From assembly GCA_964617735.1 (NCBI GenBank), contig CAZTXT010000001.1, positions 203,589-267,588 of the forward strand: a stretch of 64,000 bases of DNA, written 5' to 3'. Under the pieces are notes generated by a model. The model saw only the letters and a list, made by a program, of their open reading frames with translations. It made no database searches and was not told the DNA's origin. Every line of letters begins with the position of its first letter. Positions within the stretch are counted from its first letter, which is position 1. This stretch comes from an uncultured Candidatus Saccharibacteria bacterium. GTDB taxonomy: Bacteria; Patescibacteriota; Minisyncoccia; Phycocordibacterales; DSPV01. The position numbers and the translations under genes are program-made. Of the stretch, positions 37,464 through 47,523 are shown piece by piece.

Positions 37464-38150
37464 TTAGCGTGTCACGTCGCGGACGACTACCACATCGATG
37501 GACGAGGTCGTCGATGTGTTATAGGAACCGTACACCCGCACCGTGTCGTTGACTTGGAATGTAGTAAGATCGGTGACACCCCAGTTTCTGTTCAGAATCT
37601 GCGTACCGGTCGGAACATTGACCGTGTAATTGATATTCCCGATTTTAAGTCCGAAGGTCGTCGGAAGCGTCGTGGTGCTGATCGAGGCATTCAGTCTTCC
37701 TTCGAAGATGTGCCGTTCGAGAGCAACCTTTTCTTTAGAGCGGTCACGGATCACTTTTGCGTTGAGTGTAAGGCCGCTGCCGGTGAGCATGCCGTTGATA
37801 TTCACCACATCGCCTACCCCCAGTACCGAAGCGCTCGCGCTCCGGCCGCCTTTGTAGAGAAACTCGGTCGAGCTCGCGTAGTTAACCGTCCAGTTGAGCA
37901 CCGTGCCACCCCAGGTGGTGGTGACCTCGATGCTCGAGTTCCCGATACTCGTAATCGCTGCGCCTTTGATATCAGCGTGGCCGTTTGCATTGATGTGCAC
38001 GTCAACCGAAGTTTGTACTGGTACGACGACAATCGTGGTGCTCGCCGTTTGTGTGGATTCCATAGCAAAAACAAAAGCTGGGAGCGCTACCAGAGCGCTG
38101 GTAACTGCCGCTGCCACAGCCGGACGCCATATTTTTGTAATGATATTCAT
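37464..38150 (-). CDS. secreted Thr/Ser/Val-rich beta-rich protein
   Basis: start at internal ATG 38150 giving signal peptide MNIITKIWRPAVAAAVTSALVALPAFVFA. Confidence 0.6.
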   Translation of the reverse strand: MNIITKIWRPAVAAAVTSALVALPAFVFAMESTQTASTTIVVVPVQTSVDVHINANGHADIKGAAITSIGNSSIEVTTTWGGTVLNWTVNYASSTEFLYKGGRSASASVLGVGDVVNINGMLTGSGLTLNAKVIRDRSKEKVALERHIFEGRLNASISTTTLPTTFGLKIGNINYTVNVPTGTQILNRNWGVTDLTTFQVNDTVRVYGSYNTSTTSSIDVVVVRDVTR

Positions 38151-38347
38151 AGTCAAAATGATTATCGATAATAATCCTCTTGGGATACGAGTATACAGAC
38201 GAGCAAATCCGCTTGATATTACATACAGCAACACTGATCCTATGTTGCCTTGTGGCAAAAATATGAAAAAGCACCAACCTGAGCGTGTGGTTGGTGCTTG
38301 CGGCACATTGGGATGAACCTAGAACTGGACGGAGCGATACGGTTGCG

Positions 38348-38578
38348 TTACTGAATTTCTCGACGGGGTAAGGTAGTAAGCTCGGCCCAGTGTTCCAGTA
38401 TGTAGGCCGGTCCTTGGGGTTCAGTTTTTAGGTAATAGGCACCCAAGCTGTCAGATTTTGTCATACGCCCCTCAATAGTAGCACCCAACTTCTTCGCGGC
38501 AGCTTCAGGGGTCTCTCCTGTCACGATGCCAACCTTGTAACTTCCGCCGTTAAAACACTCCACTAAGAGAAACATCAT
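38348..38578 (-). CDS. small hypothetical protein (76 aa)
   Basis: ORF starting MMFLLVECFNGGSYKVGIV. Confidence 0.4.
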   Translation of the reverse strand: MMFLLVECFNGGSYKVGIVTGETPEAAAKKLGATIEGRMTKSDSLGAYYLKTEPQGPAYILEHWAELTTLPRREIQ

Positions 38579-38729
38579 ACAGTATCCTTTCTGGCTTTGA
38601 GCGTACTGGTTATTGATGCGCACGCAAGTCTTGACGAGAAGATTAATATCGTGTCACTCTACGTTCAGACTAAACCCGTACAGAACTATGCTTAACGTTG
38701 GTATCCAATTCTCCGATTTTTCTCATAAT

Positions 38730-39113
38730 TTATTTTGCATTTGGATCTGGTTGGAATAATCCAAATGTATTGCCCTCGGGATCCAAAAAGTAACCCTGCC
38801 AACACACTTCAGGCACGGCGAACTTGGGCAAAGCGACTTGCCCACCGTTCTTTACAATCTTGTCCGCCGCCGCATCAAAATTCTCGACTTCCATGGAGCA
38901 GACATAGGCGTTAGCGCCCTGCTCTTTCGCGGGAGCGGGACGAGGACGCTTCAAAAGCCCGCCGCGTTGTCCGTTGGCCATAATGCGCCAGTATTCTATG
39001 GGCTGACGCTCGTCTTTCGTAAATTCCCAGCCGAAAACCTTGCGGTAAAATTTCACCGCTCTATCTGTGTCATCCGCTTGAATTTCAAAATATGAGGGTC
39101 CGTGCATATACAT
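38730..39113 (-). CDS. VOC/glyoxalase-bleomycin resistance family protein
   Basis: SYFEIQADDTDRAVKFYRKVFGWEF...GYFLDPEGNTFGLFQ. Confidence 0.75.
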   Translation of the reverse strand: MYMHGPSYFEIQADDTDRAVKFYRKVFGWEFTKDERQPIEYWRIMANGQRGGLLKRPRPAPAKEQGANAYVCSMEVENFDAAADKIVKNGGQVALPKFAVPEVCWQGYFLDPEGNTFGLFQPDPNAK

Positions 39114-39361
39114 TTATTTTAAGATGCTATCAATTATTTTATTCATACGATCGTTATTTAAAGGCAAAAGCCATAAACACGATTGTAAGGACATTCAAAA
39201 CGATCAATACCGCTGCGTTGCCCAATTTTTTGGGAAGCGGATGCATTAGGATATAGATTGTGTAGATGATGGCGACGATAGCCGCACCAAGAAAGTTTCC
39301 CCTAATCCTAGGTTCATTATAAGGTATAGTGATCGAGCTCGAGCTTGAATAACAAACTCTT

Positions 39362-39718
39362 TTATTCCGCTTGCCAAAGCTGGATGGGATTACCTTCGGG
39401 ATCCTTGAGTGACGCAAATCGCCCATACGGATAGTGTTCAGGATCCACTTCAACCGTAATCCCCGTTGCCCGAAGCTGCGCAACCATCTTCTCAAGGTCA
39501 GCAACCCGGAAATTGAGCATAAAACTAGTATTTGGAAACATCTTCGTGTCGCGAGGAAATGGTCGGAACACAGTCGGTCCCGCCTCTTCATGCCAGGGCT
39601 CATGGCCATTCTTTTCCGTCGCCCGTGTTACACCAAGGTGCTTTTCATACCAAAGCGCCAATCCTTCGGGATCGGCTGCCTTAAAGAAAAATCCCCCAAA
39701 ACCGAGCGCTCGTTCCAT
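39362..39718 (-). CDS. VOC/glyoxalase family protein
   Basis: GFFFKAADPEGLALWYEKHLGV...FASLKDPEGNPIQLWQ. Confidence 0.75.
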   Translation of the reverse strand: MERALGFGGFFFKAADPEGLALWYEKHLGVTRATEKNGHEPWHEEAGPTVFRPFPRDTKMFPNTSFMLNFRVADLEKMVAQLRATGITVEVDPEHYPYGRFASLKDPEGNPIQLWQAE

Positions 39719-39763
39719 ACGATTTTTTATTATTATTTGTGCTATGTGTCGATAATGTTTCTG

Positions 39764-39791
39764 GCGGAGAATCGTGGATGACGTTAGAACC
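39764..39791 (+). repeat. diverged copy d of the intergenic box (GGCGGAGAATCGTGGATGACGTTAGAACC)
   Basis: shares GACGTTAGAACC and the GGAG start with copies a-c; lies between the 3' end of AT-rich gene 39828..40409 and the start of VOC gene 39718. Confidence 0.45.
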
Positions 39792-39827
39792 TATGTACAA
39801 GAGAATAACGCTAATTTTAACGTACCA

Positions 39828-40409
39828 TTAAACCTTCATTGTGATTCCTAACAACATGAATACTGCCAGAATGGCAATAAAACAACCAAATACAATCAAA
39901 CCCCAAATCGAAATTCTTTTAATGTATTGATCAGAACGACTCTGATTGGCGGATCTAATAGCGAGGATTGCGCAAAGAAGTGAAATTGTATAGATCAAGG
40001 CTGCCCAAGATTTGAATGATGCTTGATAGAATTGCCACGCAGGTATCAACGTGAGAAAAGATACTGTCGCTAAGATTTTCGCCATCCCAAACCGCTTCTT
40101 AGCATCAGGATTTGCATTTGAGACTTCTGTAGTTCCTTTTGATAATTTGCGTACATATATACCAACTCGTCCAGAAGCGATTAGACAAGCCACTCCAAGA
40201 ACTATGAACAGACCTAATAAAGCATCATTACCGCCAGAGACATCGGAGAAAACAGCTGCGACACCAATAATACCTACGATTGCTAAGACGAGCTCAAGAA
40301 TGAAGAAGCCAATAATCTTTCCTATTTCTTCTGTATTCTGGCCTTTATGAGAAATAAGAAACTGGACAATTCGGAAAATTAAATAAATTAAACCTAAATA
40401 TAAAAGCAT
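39828..40409 (-). CDS. AT-rich hypothetical polytopic membrane protein (193 aa)
   Basis: 6 predicted TM helices; much lower GC than neighbours; immediately 3' of tRNA-Ser. Confidence 0.6.
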   Translation of the reverse strand: MLLYLGLIYLIFRIVQFLISHKGQNTEEIGKIIGFFILELVLAIVGIIGVAAVFSDVSGGNDALLGLFIVLGVACLIASGRVGIYVRKLSKGTTEVSNANPDAKKRFGMAKILATVSFLTLIPAWQFYQASFKSWAALIYTISLLCAILAIRSANQSRSDQYIKRISIWGLIVFGCFIAILAVFMLLGITMKV

Positions 40410-40544
40410 AATTTAATAATTTAATTTTTAAAAAAGCCTATTCGTGTATGAATCTGTTTCATTATTCAACACGTAACCTCACCATTATATTGGTTAAAAG
40501 TTTCTTTTGCACGACGTAAGGTGTATAGATTGTTTTTATGTAAA

Positions 40545-40631
40545 CGGAGGAGGTGGGATTCGAACCCACGGGACCCTTTTAGAGGTCCACGGTTTAGCAA
40601 ACCGTTCCGTTAACCGCTCCGGCACTCCTCC
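40545..40631 (-). tRNA. tRNA-Ser (anticodon GCU), long variable arm, no encoded CCA
   Basis: acceptor GGAGGAG/CTCCTCC, anticodon stem ACGGT/ACCGT with loop TTGCTAA, variable arm GGACCTCTAAAAGGGTCCC, T arm GTGGG-TTCGAAT-CCCAC. Confidence 0.85.
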
Positions 40632-40672
40632 AGAGAGCTTACTTTAAACTTTTAAGTCGCAACTTTCAACTT

Positions 40673-41338
40673 TTAGTGCGCGAGGGTAAGTCCCACAACC
40701 GATGCTGCGCCTGCTTCCTCAAGTACGTTCTTGATCTCGCCGATCGTGCACCCAGTAGTGGAGACGTCGTCGAGGATGATGAAATGTTCGCCGCTGACCT
40801 TCTGCCGATCGGCGATCGTGAATGCCCCGCGCATATTCTCGATGCGCTCGGCACGCGAGGCGGTATGCGATTGGCTTTTGGTCTCCTTGATACGCGCGAC
40901 CGGCATGGCAAGCGAGAAATTCTTGCCACCGTCGCGCTCAAACATCGCTTTCGCGATGCGCTGTGTTTGATTGAATCCGCGCTCGCGCAGCCGACCTTCG
41001 GAGAGCGGCACGGGAAGCAGGATGGGCGCGCGGGCGCCTTCAAAGAAGTACCGATCCGCAAGCTCGGCGAGCATGACATCGAGCAGTATTTCCGCCGCAA
41101 GCCCAACGAGCCGTTTGTTCCCCTTGAATTTGATCTGCCAGATCAATGTCGTGATGAGCTCATCACGATAATCGAAGACCGACATAATGCCGGGAAGTTC
41201 TCTCTGCGCGCGGCGCGCGCGGGCGAAGAGCGCGGATGCACTCATCGTCTCGAGCACTCTCGTTTCTCTCGAGGGAGGCAGAAGCAGGTCGAGGGCGTTT
41301 TTCCAGGCGGACGTCAGCAGTTGGAGGGCTTTAGGCAT
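40673..41338 (-). CDS. comF: ComF-family phosphoribosyltransferase-domain protein (competence protein ComFC-like)
   Basis: C-terminal PRTase signature FIILDDVSTTGCT; adjacent divergent pilM. Confidence 0.7.
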   Translation of the reverse strand: MPKALQLLTSAWKNALDLLLPPSRETRVLETMSASALFARARRAQRELPGIMSVFDYRDELITTLIWQIKFKGNKRLVGLAAEILLDVMLAELADRYFFEGARAPILLPVPLSEGRLRERGFNQTQRIAKAMFERDGGKNFSLAMPVARIKETKSQSHTASRAERIENMRGAFTIADRQKVSGEHFIILDDVSTTGCTIGEIKNVLEEAGAASVVGLTLAH

Positions 41339-41392
41339 ATAAGAAGCGGATTTCAATGCTATAATTATCGCACACTATATACTGAAATAGTC

Positions 41393-42514
41393 ATGGCGAA
41401 TCCGTTGAGCAATCTTTTAAATGTATTTCGCGGGGGATCGAGCGCTCTGGGCGTTGACTTTGGCTCATCCTCGGTGAAAGTGGTGCAGTTGCGCAAGTCG
41501 CACGGTTATGCGGTACTTGAGACCTACGGAGAACTCTCGGTAGGCCCCTATGGGAAAGCCGATATCGGCAATGCCGTCAAGCTCTCCGTCAGCCGGATGG
41601 CCGAGGCGCTGACCGATGTCCTGCGCGAATCTAAAGTGACCAGCCGCGATTGCGGTGTTGCGATCCCGATATCGTCGAGTTTCGTTACGACTGTCGAATT
41701 GCCACTCGTGGATGATCGGCAGTTCGCCCAGATGGTTCCGATCGAAGCGCGCAAATATATTCCCGTGCCTATCACGGAAGTCGCCCTTGACTGGTGGGTC
41801 ATTCCCAAAGAGTCCGGTGCGATCTCCAATCCGTTCGGCGAGCATCCGGACACGGAAATAAAATCCGGGCGGATGGTGGAGGTGCTCTTGGCGGTGATCC
41901 ATAACGATGCCATCCGCGGGTATCAGGATCTGGTGAAGTCCGCCGGCCTCACCTCCTCTTTTTATGAAGTCGAGATATTCAGTACTATCCGCGCGGCGCT
42001 CGGGCAGGAAACGGCTCCCGTCATGATCCTCGACATGGGTGCGGCAACGACGAAACTCTACATCGTCGACCGGGGCATCGTTAAAAGTTCACATGCGATC
42101 AATCGGGGATCGCAAGATATCACGCTCTCGCTCGCCCGCGCGCTCAATCTCTCGGTCAAAGAAGCCGAATTGCTCAAACGCAATGTGGGCCTCGATACCA
42201 CAAACCGTAAAGATGTCTATGAAACGGCTTCGACCACCCTCTCCTACATACTCTCCGAAGCCAATCGCGTCATATTCAATTATGAAAGCAGGACCGGCCA
42301 GCGACTCAACAAGGTATTGCTCACCGGAGGGGGAGTGTTGCTCAAAGACTTTCATATATTCGCACAGAAATTCTTCGAGACTGAAGCGGTGATGGCGGAT
42401 CCGTTCTCGAAAGTCCAATCACCAGCCTTTCTACGATCGATCCTGCAGACTGCGGGCCCCGAATTCGCAGTTGCGATCGGTCTTGCCCTGCGCAAGTTGC
42501 AGGAGCTTTCATAA
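41393..42514 (+). CDS. pilM: type IV pilus assembly protein PilM (actin-like ATPase fold)
   Basis: start at ATG 41393 (MANPLSNLL...); the ORF-table call 40676..42514 has a spurious 5' extension antisense to comF; GVDFGSSSVKVV... PilM N-terminus. Confidence 0.85.
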   Translation: MANPLSNLLNVFRGGSSALGVDFGSSSVKVVQLRKSHGYAVLETYGELSVGPYGKADIGNAVKLSVSRMAEALTDVLRESKVTSRDCGVAIPISSSFVTTVELPLVDDRQFAQMVPIEARKYIPVPITEVALDWWVIPKESGAISNPFGEHPDTEIKSGRMVEVLLAVIHNDAIRGYQDLVKSAGLTSSFYEVEIFSTIRAALGQETAPVMILDMGAATTKLYIVDRGIVKSSHAINRGSQDITLSLARALNLSVKEAELLKRNVGLDTTNRKDVYETASTTLSYILSEANRVIFNYESRTGQRLNKVLLTGGGVLLKDFHIFAQKFFETEAVMADPFSKVQSPAFLRSILQTAGPEFAVAIGLALRKLQELS

Positions 42515-42634
42515 GAAGCTGGTGATCCCGATATGCAGAAGAGAGAGCGGGAAGCAGCCGGGCAGTCATCGCTTTTGACGTGTGGATACGACAGAGAAAT
42601 ACCTGCGGCGGCGGTGTATAATTAGGCAAACTCT

Positions 42635-43225
42635 ATGGACGCGAAGTTTCAGCCTTCATTCATACCCAAACAGCCGATAGCGCCGGTGCCCGTGGCAGTC
42701 GGCGGGCGTATCAGCCTGTTGTCTGTTATCGCGAGTGTAATCTTTATCATAACCCTGGGGCTTGTGGGCGCGGTCTTGATTACCGAACGCAGCCTCGACC
42801 GCGATATCACGGCCCTTAACGGAACCCTCGTCGCCGCCCGCGGTTCATTCGAACTCTCCACCATCGCAGAGCTTAAAAAAGTGAGCGGCCAAACCAGCCT
42901 TGCCAACAATCTTTTGAATCGGCATATCGCCATGTCGAAGTTCTTAGAAGCGCTGGGGCGAGCGACGTATGAAAATGTCTCGTTCAGTTCGCTTGCGCTC
43001 CATGCCAACGACCCTTCGAGCCCCGTCGTGATCTCGCTTGCAGGCATCGCGGCGAGCTACAACTCGCTCATCCTACAGTCGGCATATTTTGAGGATCTCC
43101 AGTTCCTCCAGTCGCCGCAGTTCTCGAATTTCACCCTTCAAAAGAACGGGAGCGTCGGTTTCAGTTTCTCCGCTATCGTTGACCCCAAACTCGTGGATTA
43201 CAAGCGCTACATAGAAACGAATTGA
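42635..43225 (+). CDS. pilN: PilN-like pilus assembly protein (single N-terminal TM)
   Basis: position after pilM; bitopic topology. Confidence 0.6.
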   Translation: MDAKFQPSFIPKQPIAPVPVAVGGRISLLSVIASVIFIITLGLVGAVLITERSLDRDITALNGTLVAARGSFELSTIAELKKVSGQTSLANNLLNRHIAMSKFLEALGRATYENVSFSSLALHANDPSSPVVISLAGIAASYNSLILQSAYFEDLQFLQSPQFSNFTLQKNGSVGFSFSAIVDPKLVDYKRYIETN

Positions 43226-43226
43226 T

Positions 43227-43868
43227 ATGCCTTTCTCCGTACGCAACATCATCCCCGTCCTGATGCTCTTGGCTTCCGTCGCGACGATCCTCATGTATCT
43301 GAAACCCCACTACGGCAACATTCAGGATCTGCAATACAAAAAATCGGAGTACGAGCGATCCGTCGACAATGCCAACGAGGTGCGGATACTGCGGGGCCAG
43401 CTGCTCTCGACATACGATAGTTTCTCGCAAGAAGACAAGCGCCGGCTCGCTATCATGCTGCCACAAAAGCCCGATGGCATCACGCTTGCCAAAGACATCA
43501 GCGCGCTGGCATCGGTGTTCGGCATAAAGATCGATTCGTTCACCTTCCGCGATGCGTCCGCTGCATCCACTCCGTCTACGACGACCGGCCCTGATGGCAA
43601 CCCTGTCACTAATCCTTCTCCCACCGGCGGTGTGGGGGTGCTCGAACTCTCAATTTCCTTTCAGTCCTCTTACCCTGAATTCTTGAATTTCTTGCATGAA
43701 CTCGAACGCAACCTCGAACTGTCGGATGTCGTTTCTGTCTCCATCACGCGAGGCTCTGTAAACCAACAAAAAGAAACGGGGACGCCCGGGAAGGGGGTCG
43801 CATCGAGCACGCCGACGGTTTCCACCTACGGATTTTCTCTTACTATAGATACGTATTGGAACAAATAG
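43227..43868 (+). CDS. pilO: PilO-like pilus assembly protein
   Basis: position; N-terminal TM then coiled-coil; Ser/Thr/Pro-rich insert. Confidence 0.55.
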   Translation: MPFSVRNIIPVLMLLASVATILMYLKPHYGNIQDLQYKKSEYERSVDNANEVRILRGQLLSTYDSFSQEDKRRLAIMLPQKPDGITLAKDISALASVFGIKIDSFTFRDASAASTPSTTTGPDGNPVTNPSPTGGVGVLELSISFQSSYPEFLNFLHELERNLELSDVVSVSITRGSVNQQKETGTPGKGVASSTPTVSTYGFSLTIDTYWNK

Positions 43869-43871
43869 CAT

Positions 43872-44201
43872 ATGGAGATCATCAAGAAATATAAGAATAT
43901 ACTGATCGGGGTGGGTGTGCTGGCGCTCGTGTTCGCGGGCTATCTGTATTTCCGTTCTGATAATAGCGCGAGCGAGATCTTGACCGCGACCGAACCTCCC
44001 CCGGAAGCGGAGCTTGCGGGACAGGAGATCCTTTCGGTGCTCAATGAGCTGCATGGGCTACATATCGATGGCAGCGTCTTCCAGAACCCCGTCTTCAAAA
44101 GCCTTATTGATTACACGGTTGCGACTACGGCAGAGCCGCTCGGGCGCCCCGATCCCTTCAAACCGCTTCCTATAGAAACGTCGGCTAATTCGCAGAAATA
44201 A
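43872..44201 (+). CDS. small membrane-anchored pilus-locus protein (PilP-like position)
   Basis: N-terminal TM IGVGVLALVFAGYLYF; sits between pilO and pilB. Confidence 0.5.
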   Translation: MEIIKKYKNILIGVGVLALVFAGYLYFRSDNSASEILTATEPPPEAELAGQEILSVLNELHGLHIDGSVFQNPVFKSLIDYTVATTAEPLGRPDPFKPLPIETSANSQK

Positions 44202-44204
44202 ACC

Positions 44205-45920
44205 ATGGGAATTCTTGAAACCTTAGTGCAAAAGGGTGTTGTGCAAAGAGAGGACATACCAAGTATCAAGCAGGAGATGCTTGAGCCGGGTGCCACGCTC
44301 GAGTCCGCTCTGCACAAGCGCGGTGTCAACGCCGACGATATCTTGGGTGCCAAGGGCGAGCTCGTGGGCATTCCACCCGCGCATATCGGGAACCGCGCGA
44401 TCACGCCTGAAGTGCTCAAATTCGTTCCCGAAGAGTCTGCCCTCTACTATCGCTTCGTGCCGATCGGGCTCAATAAAGGCGTGCTGGAAGTTGGCGTGGT
44501 GGATCCGGACAATATCGAAGCTCGGGATGCACTCAACTTCATCGCGTCCAAGAACAACATCTCGTATCAGGTCTACCTTATCTCTGAAGAGGACTTTCAG
44601 CGCATCATTCAGTTGTACAAGAGCCTCTCGGGGGAAGTGAACAAGGCTCTCTCCGAGCTTGAAACGGAACTCTCCACAAGCCAAGAAGCGCAGAGTACCT
44701 ACGTCGAGCCTGAATCAATCGAGGGCGAGACCAAGATCATCGAAGATGCCCCGGTGACCAAGATCGTCGCGACGGTGCTGCATTATGCGACGGAGGGCAG
44801 AGCCTCCGACATCCATATCGAGCCGCTCTCCGACAAGGTCCGGGTTCGGTTCCGCGTCGATGGCGTGCTGACCACGAGCCTTATTCTTCCGCAGAAGGTC
44901 CATCAGGCGGTGGTGGCGCGCATCAAGATACTCTCGAACATGCGTCTCGATGAGCGGCGCAAGCCGCAGGACGGGCGGTTCAGTGCGACCATAGACCGGC
45001 GCAAAGTGGACTTCCGCGTCTCCACGTTCCCTGCCTACTACGGGGAGAAGATCGTGATGCGAATCCTCGACTCGGAGCTCGGTGTCCGCAAACTCGAGGA
45101 GCTCGGGCTTTCAGAGCGTAACCTCGACCTGTTGCGTTCTGCACTCGGGAGGCCCTATGGCATGGTCCTTATCTCCGGTCCGACCGGCTCGGGAAAATCA
45201 ACCACGCTCTATTCGATGCTCAATGAGCTCGATCGGGATAAAAAGAACGTACTCTCCCTCGAAGACCCGGTCGAGTACAACATCCCGGGCATGAGCCAAT
45301 CGCAAGTGCGTCCGGAGATCGGCTACACCTTCGCGAACGGCTTGCGCACGACCTTGCGTCAGGACCCAGATGTCATCATGGTCGGCGAGATCCGCGATAA
45401 AGAAACCGCGCAGCTTGCCGTGCAAGCGGCGCTCACCGGCCATCTGGTATTCTCGACCATCCACACCAACAATGCAGTCGGTGTCATTCCGCGCCTCATC
45501 GACATGGGCGTTGACCCGTACCTCATCGCGCCGACGCTCATCCTCGCCGCGGCCCAGCGTCTCGTGGTGCAGCTCTGCGAAGGTGGTGGCAAGCCGGTCC
45601 CGGTGGAGGGCAGTATCAAGGTCATGTATGAAAAGCAATTCGCCGATGTGCCGCCGGAGATTCGGGCAAAGCTGCCTAAGTTCGAGCATGTCCATGAAGC
45701 TGCTCCGACCGCCGATTGTCCCAAGGGTATCCGCGGCCGCGTCGCCGTTTTCGAGGTGCTGGACATGAACAAAGAGCTCGAAGCAGCGATACTGAAGAAT
45801 GCTCCCGAGACCGAGTTGATGAAGATCGGCCGTCGGCAGGGAATGCTTACCATGAAAGAAGACGCGATGATCAAAACCCTCAATCGCATTGTGCCTTTCG
45901 AGGAAATAGGGGGTTTGTAG
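44205..45920 (+). CDS. pilB: type IV pilus assembly ATPase PilB (GspE family)
   Basis: N1/N2 domains, Walker A GPTGSGKSTTLYSML, Asp box, His box, tetracysteine-region equivalent. Confidence 0.9.
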   Translation: MGILETLVQKGVVQREDIPSIKQEMLEPGATLESALHKRGVNADDILGAKGELVGIPPAHIGNRAITPEVLKFVPEESALYYRFVPIGLNKGVLEVGVVDPDNIEARDALNFIASKNNISYQVYLISEEDFQRIIQLYKSLSGEVNKALSELETELSTSQEAQSTYVEPESIEGETKIIEDAPVTKIVATVLHYATEGRASDIHIEPLSDKVRVRFRVDGVLTTSLILPQKVHQAVVARIKILSNMRLDERRKPQDGRFSATIDRRKVDFRVSTFPAYYGEKIVMRILDSELGVRKLEELGLSERNLDLLRSALGRPYGMVLISGPTGSGKSTTLYSMLNELDRDKKNVLSLEDPVEYNIPGMSQSQVRPEIGYTFANGLRTTLRQDPDVIMVGEIRDKETAQLAVQAALTGHLVFSTIHTNNAVGVIPRLIDMGVDPYLIAPTLILAAAQRLVVQLCEGGGKPVPVEGSIKVMYEKQFADVPPEIRAKLPKFEHVHEAAPTADCPKGIRGRVAVFEVLDMNKELEAAILKNAPETELMKIGRRQGMLTMKEDAMIKTLNRIVPFEEIGGL

Positions 45921-45962
45921 CAGATTATAGGACGGCTTTTTAATGGTATACTAGTCAAACCC

Positions 45963-46370
45963 ATGAGCGAACAGAAAAAATACAAGGTGCTCATCGTCGA
46001 TGACGATGAATTCCTGCTCAACATGTATTCAGTCAAGTTCGCCAAGAGCGGGGTCGAGGTGGTGACCGCGCTGGCGTCGGATGCCGCTATCGCCAAGTTA
46101 AAAGAAGGCTTTGAACCCGATGTGATGCTCATCGATATCGTGATGCCTGATATGGACGGCTTTGGTCTTTTGGAAAAGATCCGCGCCGAGAAGCTCGCCC
46201 CTAAGTCCGCGGTGATCTTCCTGACGAACCAGGGACAGTCGGCCGACATCGAACGTGCAAAAAAGTTGGGGGCGAACGGCTATATCGTCAAAGCGAGCAC
46301 CATTCCTTCAGAAGTTTTTAACGAAGTCCTCAAGTGCATCAAGCAGACGGAGGGAAAACAACGCCGCTGA
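45963..46370 (+). CDS. single-domain CheY-like response regulator (PilH/PilG-like)
   Basis: KVLIVDDDEF...DIVMPDMDG...K receiver signature residues. Confidence 0.85.
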   Translation: MSEQKKYKVLIVDDDEFLLNMYSVKFAKSGVEVVTALASDAAIAKLKEGFEPDVMLIDIVMPDMDGFGLLEKIRAEKLAPKSAVIFLTNQGQSADIERAKKLGANGYIVKASTIPSEVFNEVLKCIKQTEGKQRR

Positions 46371-46405
46371 TCAGTATGGCTATCTTTAATCCTTAATTTC
46401 TTACG

Positions 46406-47467
46406 ATGGATTATCGCCACGAACTCGATGACTATGTCGCGGTGCTCTCAAAAGAAGGGGGTTCCGATCTGCATCTCTCCGAAGGTCGCTATCCGATCAT
46501 TCGCGTGAGCGCGTTTTTGGTTCCGCTCGTCAAGAAATCGATCCTGACCCGCGACGCCATCAAGAGCTTCATGGACCTCATGCTCACGCCGGATAATCAG
46601 AAGCTTTTTGATGCGGACCGGGAAGTTGATTTCTCGTTCACGTTCAAGAACGGCACCCGTTTTCGTGGCAACGTCTATCAGCGCCTCGGCAAATTCTCCA
46701 TCGCCCTGCGTCTTATTCCCAATCACATCCGCACGCTCCAAGATCTCGGACTTCCCAAAGTATTGGAAGATTTCACCCGCAAACAACAGGGGTTCTTTCT
46801 CGTCGTGGGACCGGTAGGGCATGGCAAGACGACGACGCTCGCTTCGATGGTGGAGATCATCAATAACGAGCGCTCCGAACACATCATCACTATCGAAGAC
46901 CCCGTCGAGTATGTCTACGAAGCGAAGAAATCGATCATCGATCAGCGCGAGGTGCGCTCCGATACCCGCGATTTCGCGTCAGGTCTCATAAACATGCTCC
47001 GGCAGGACGTTGATGTGGTGCTCATCGGCGAGATGCGCGGGACCGATACGATGCAGACCGCAGTCACTGCCGCCGAAACCGGCCATCTAGTATTCTCGAC
47101 GCTCCATACCAACAATGCAGCGCAGACCATCGATCGCATCATCGATTCGTTCCCCGCCGAACAGCAAGGCCAGATCAAGCTCCAGCTCTCCGGAAGCCTT
47201 CTAGGCATTTTCTCCCAGCGTCTCATTCCGCGCGTCTCCGGAGGCCTTGTGCCCGCCTTCGAACTTCTGATCGCCAACGCCGCGGTGGCTAATCTCATTC
47301 GTGAAGGCAGGACGCACGAGATCAGCACGGTCATCGAGACCGGGATGGATCAGGGGATGATCGATATCAACCGCTGTCTCGCCGACCTTGTCCGCTCGGG
47401 GGAAATCACGGTCGACAGCGCCTATCAGTATTCCCTCAATCCCAAGTCGCTGGACCGGTTTTTGTAA
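46406..47467 (+). CDS. pilT: twitching-motility / retraction ATPase PilT
   Basis: Walker A GPVGHGKTTTLASM; PilT family length (353 aa); AIRNLIRE-like motif (AVANLIREGRTHE). Confidence 0.9.
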   Translation: MDYRHELDDYVAVLSKEGGSDLHLSEGRYPIIRVSAFLVPLVKKSILTRDAIKSFMDLMLTPDNQKLFDADREVDFSFTFKNGTRFRGNVYQRLGKFSIALRLIPNHIRTLQDLGLPKVLEDFTRKQQGFFLVVGPVGHGKTTTLASMVEIINNERSEHIITIEDPVEYVYEAKKSIIDQREVRSDTRDFASGLINMLRQDVDVVLIGEMRGTDTMQTAVTAAETGHLVFSTLHTNNAAQTIDRIIDSFPAEQQGQIKLQLSGSLLGIFSQRLIPRVSGGLVPAFELLIANAAVANLIREGRTHEISTVIETGMDQGMIDINRCLADLVRSGEITVDSAYQYSLNPKSLDRFL

Positions 47468-47523
47468 GAGCTTCGGGCTCATAGCCCAGAGCCCTTCAAG
47501 CCAAGAGCACCAAGTTTTTCATC

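Noticed and set aside
39154-39609. Minus-strand ORF 39154..39609 (151 aa)
   Set aside because: It overlaps VOC gene 39362..39718 in another frame. Only its C-terminal ~45 aa (a possible small TM peptide 39154..39300) is non-overlapping, and support for that is weak.
40676-41392. 5' 717 nt of the 612-aa plus-strand ORF 40676..42514
   Set aside because: This part is antisense to the well-supported comF gene and its translation has no PilM similarity. The PilM homology and a proper ATG begin at 41393.
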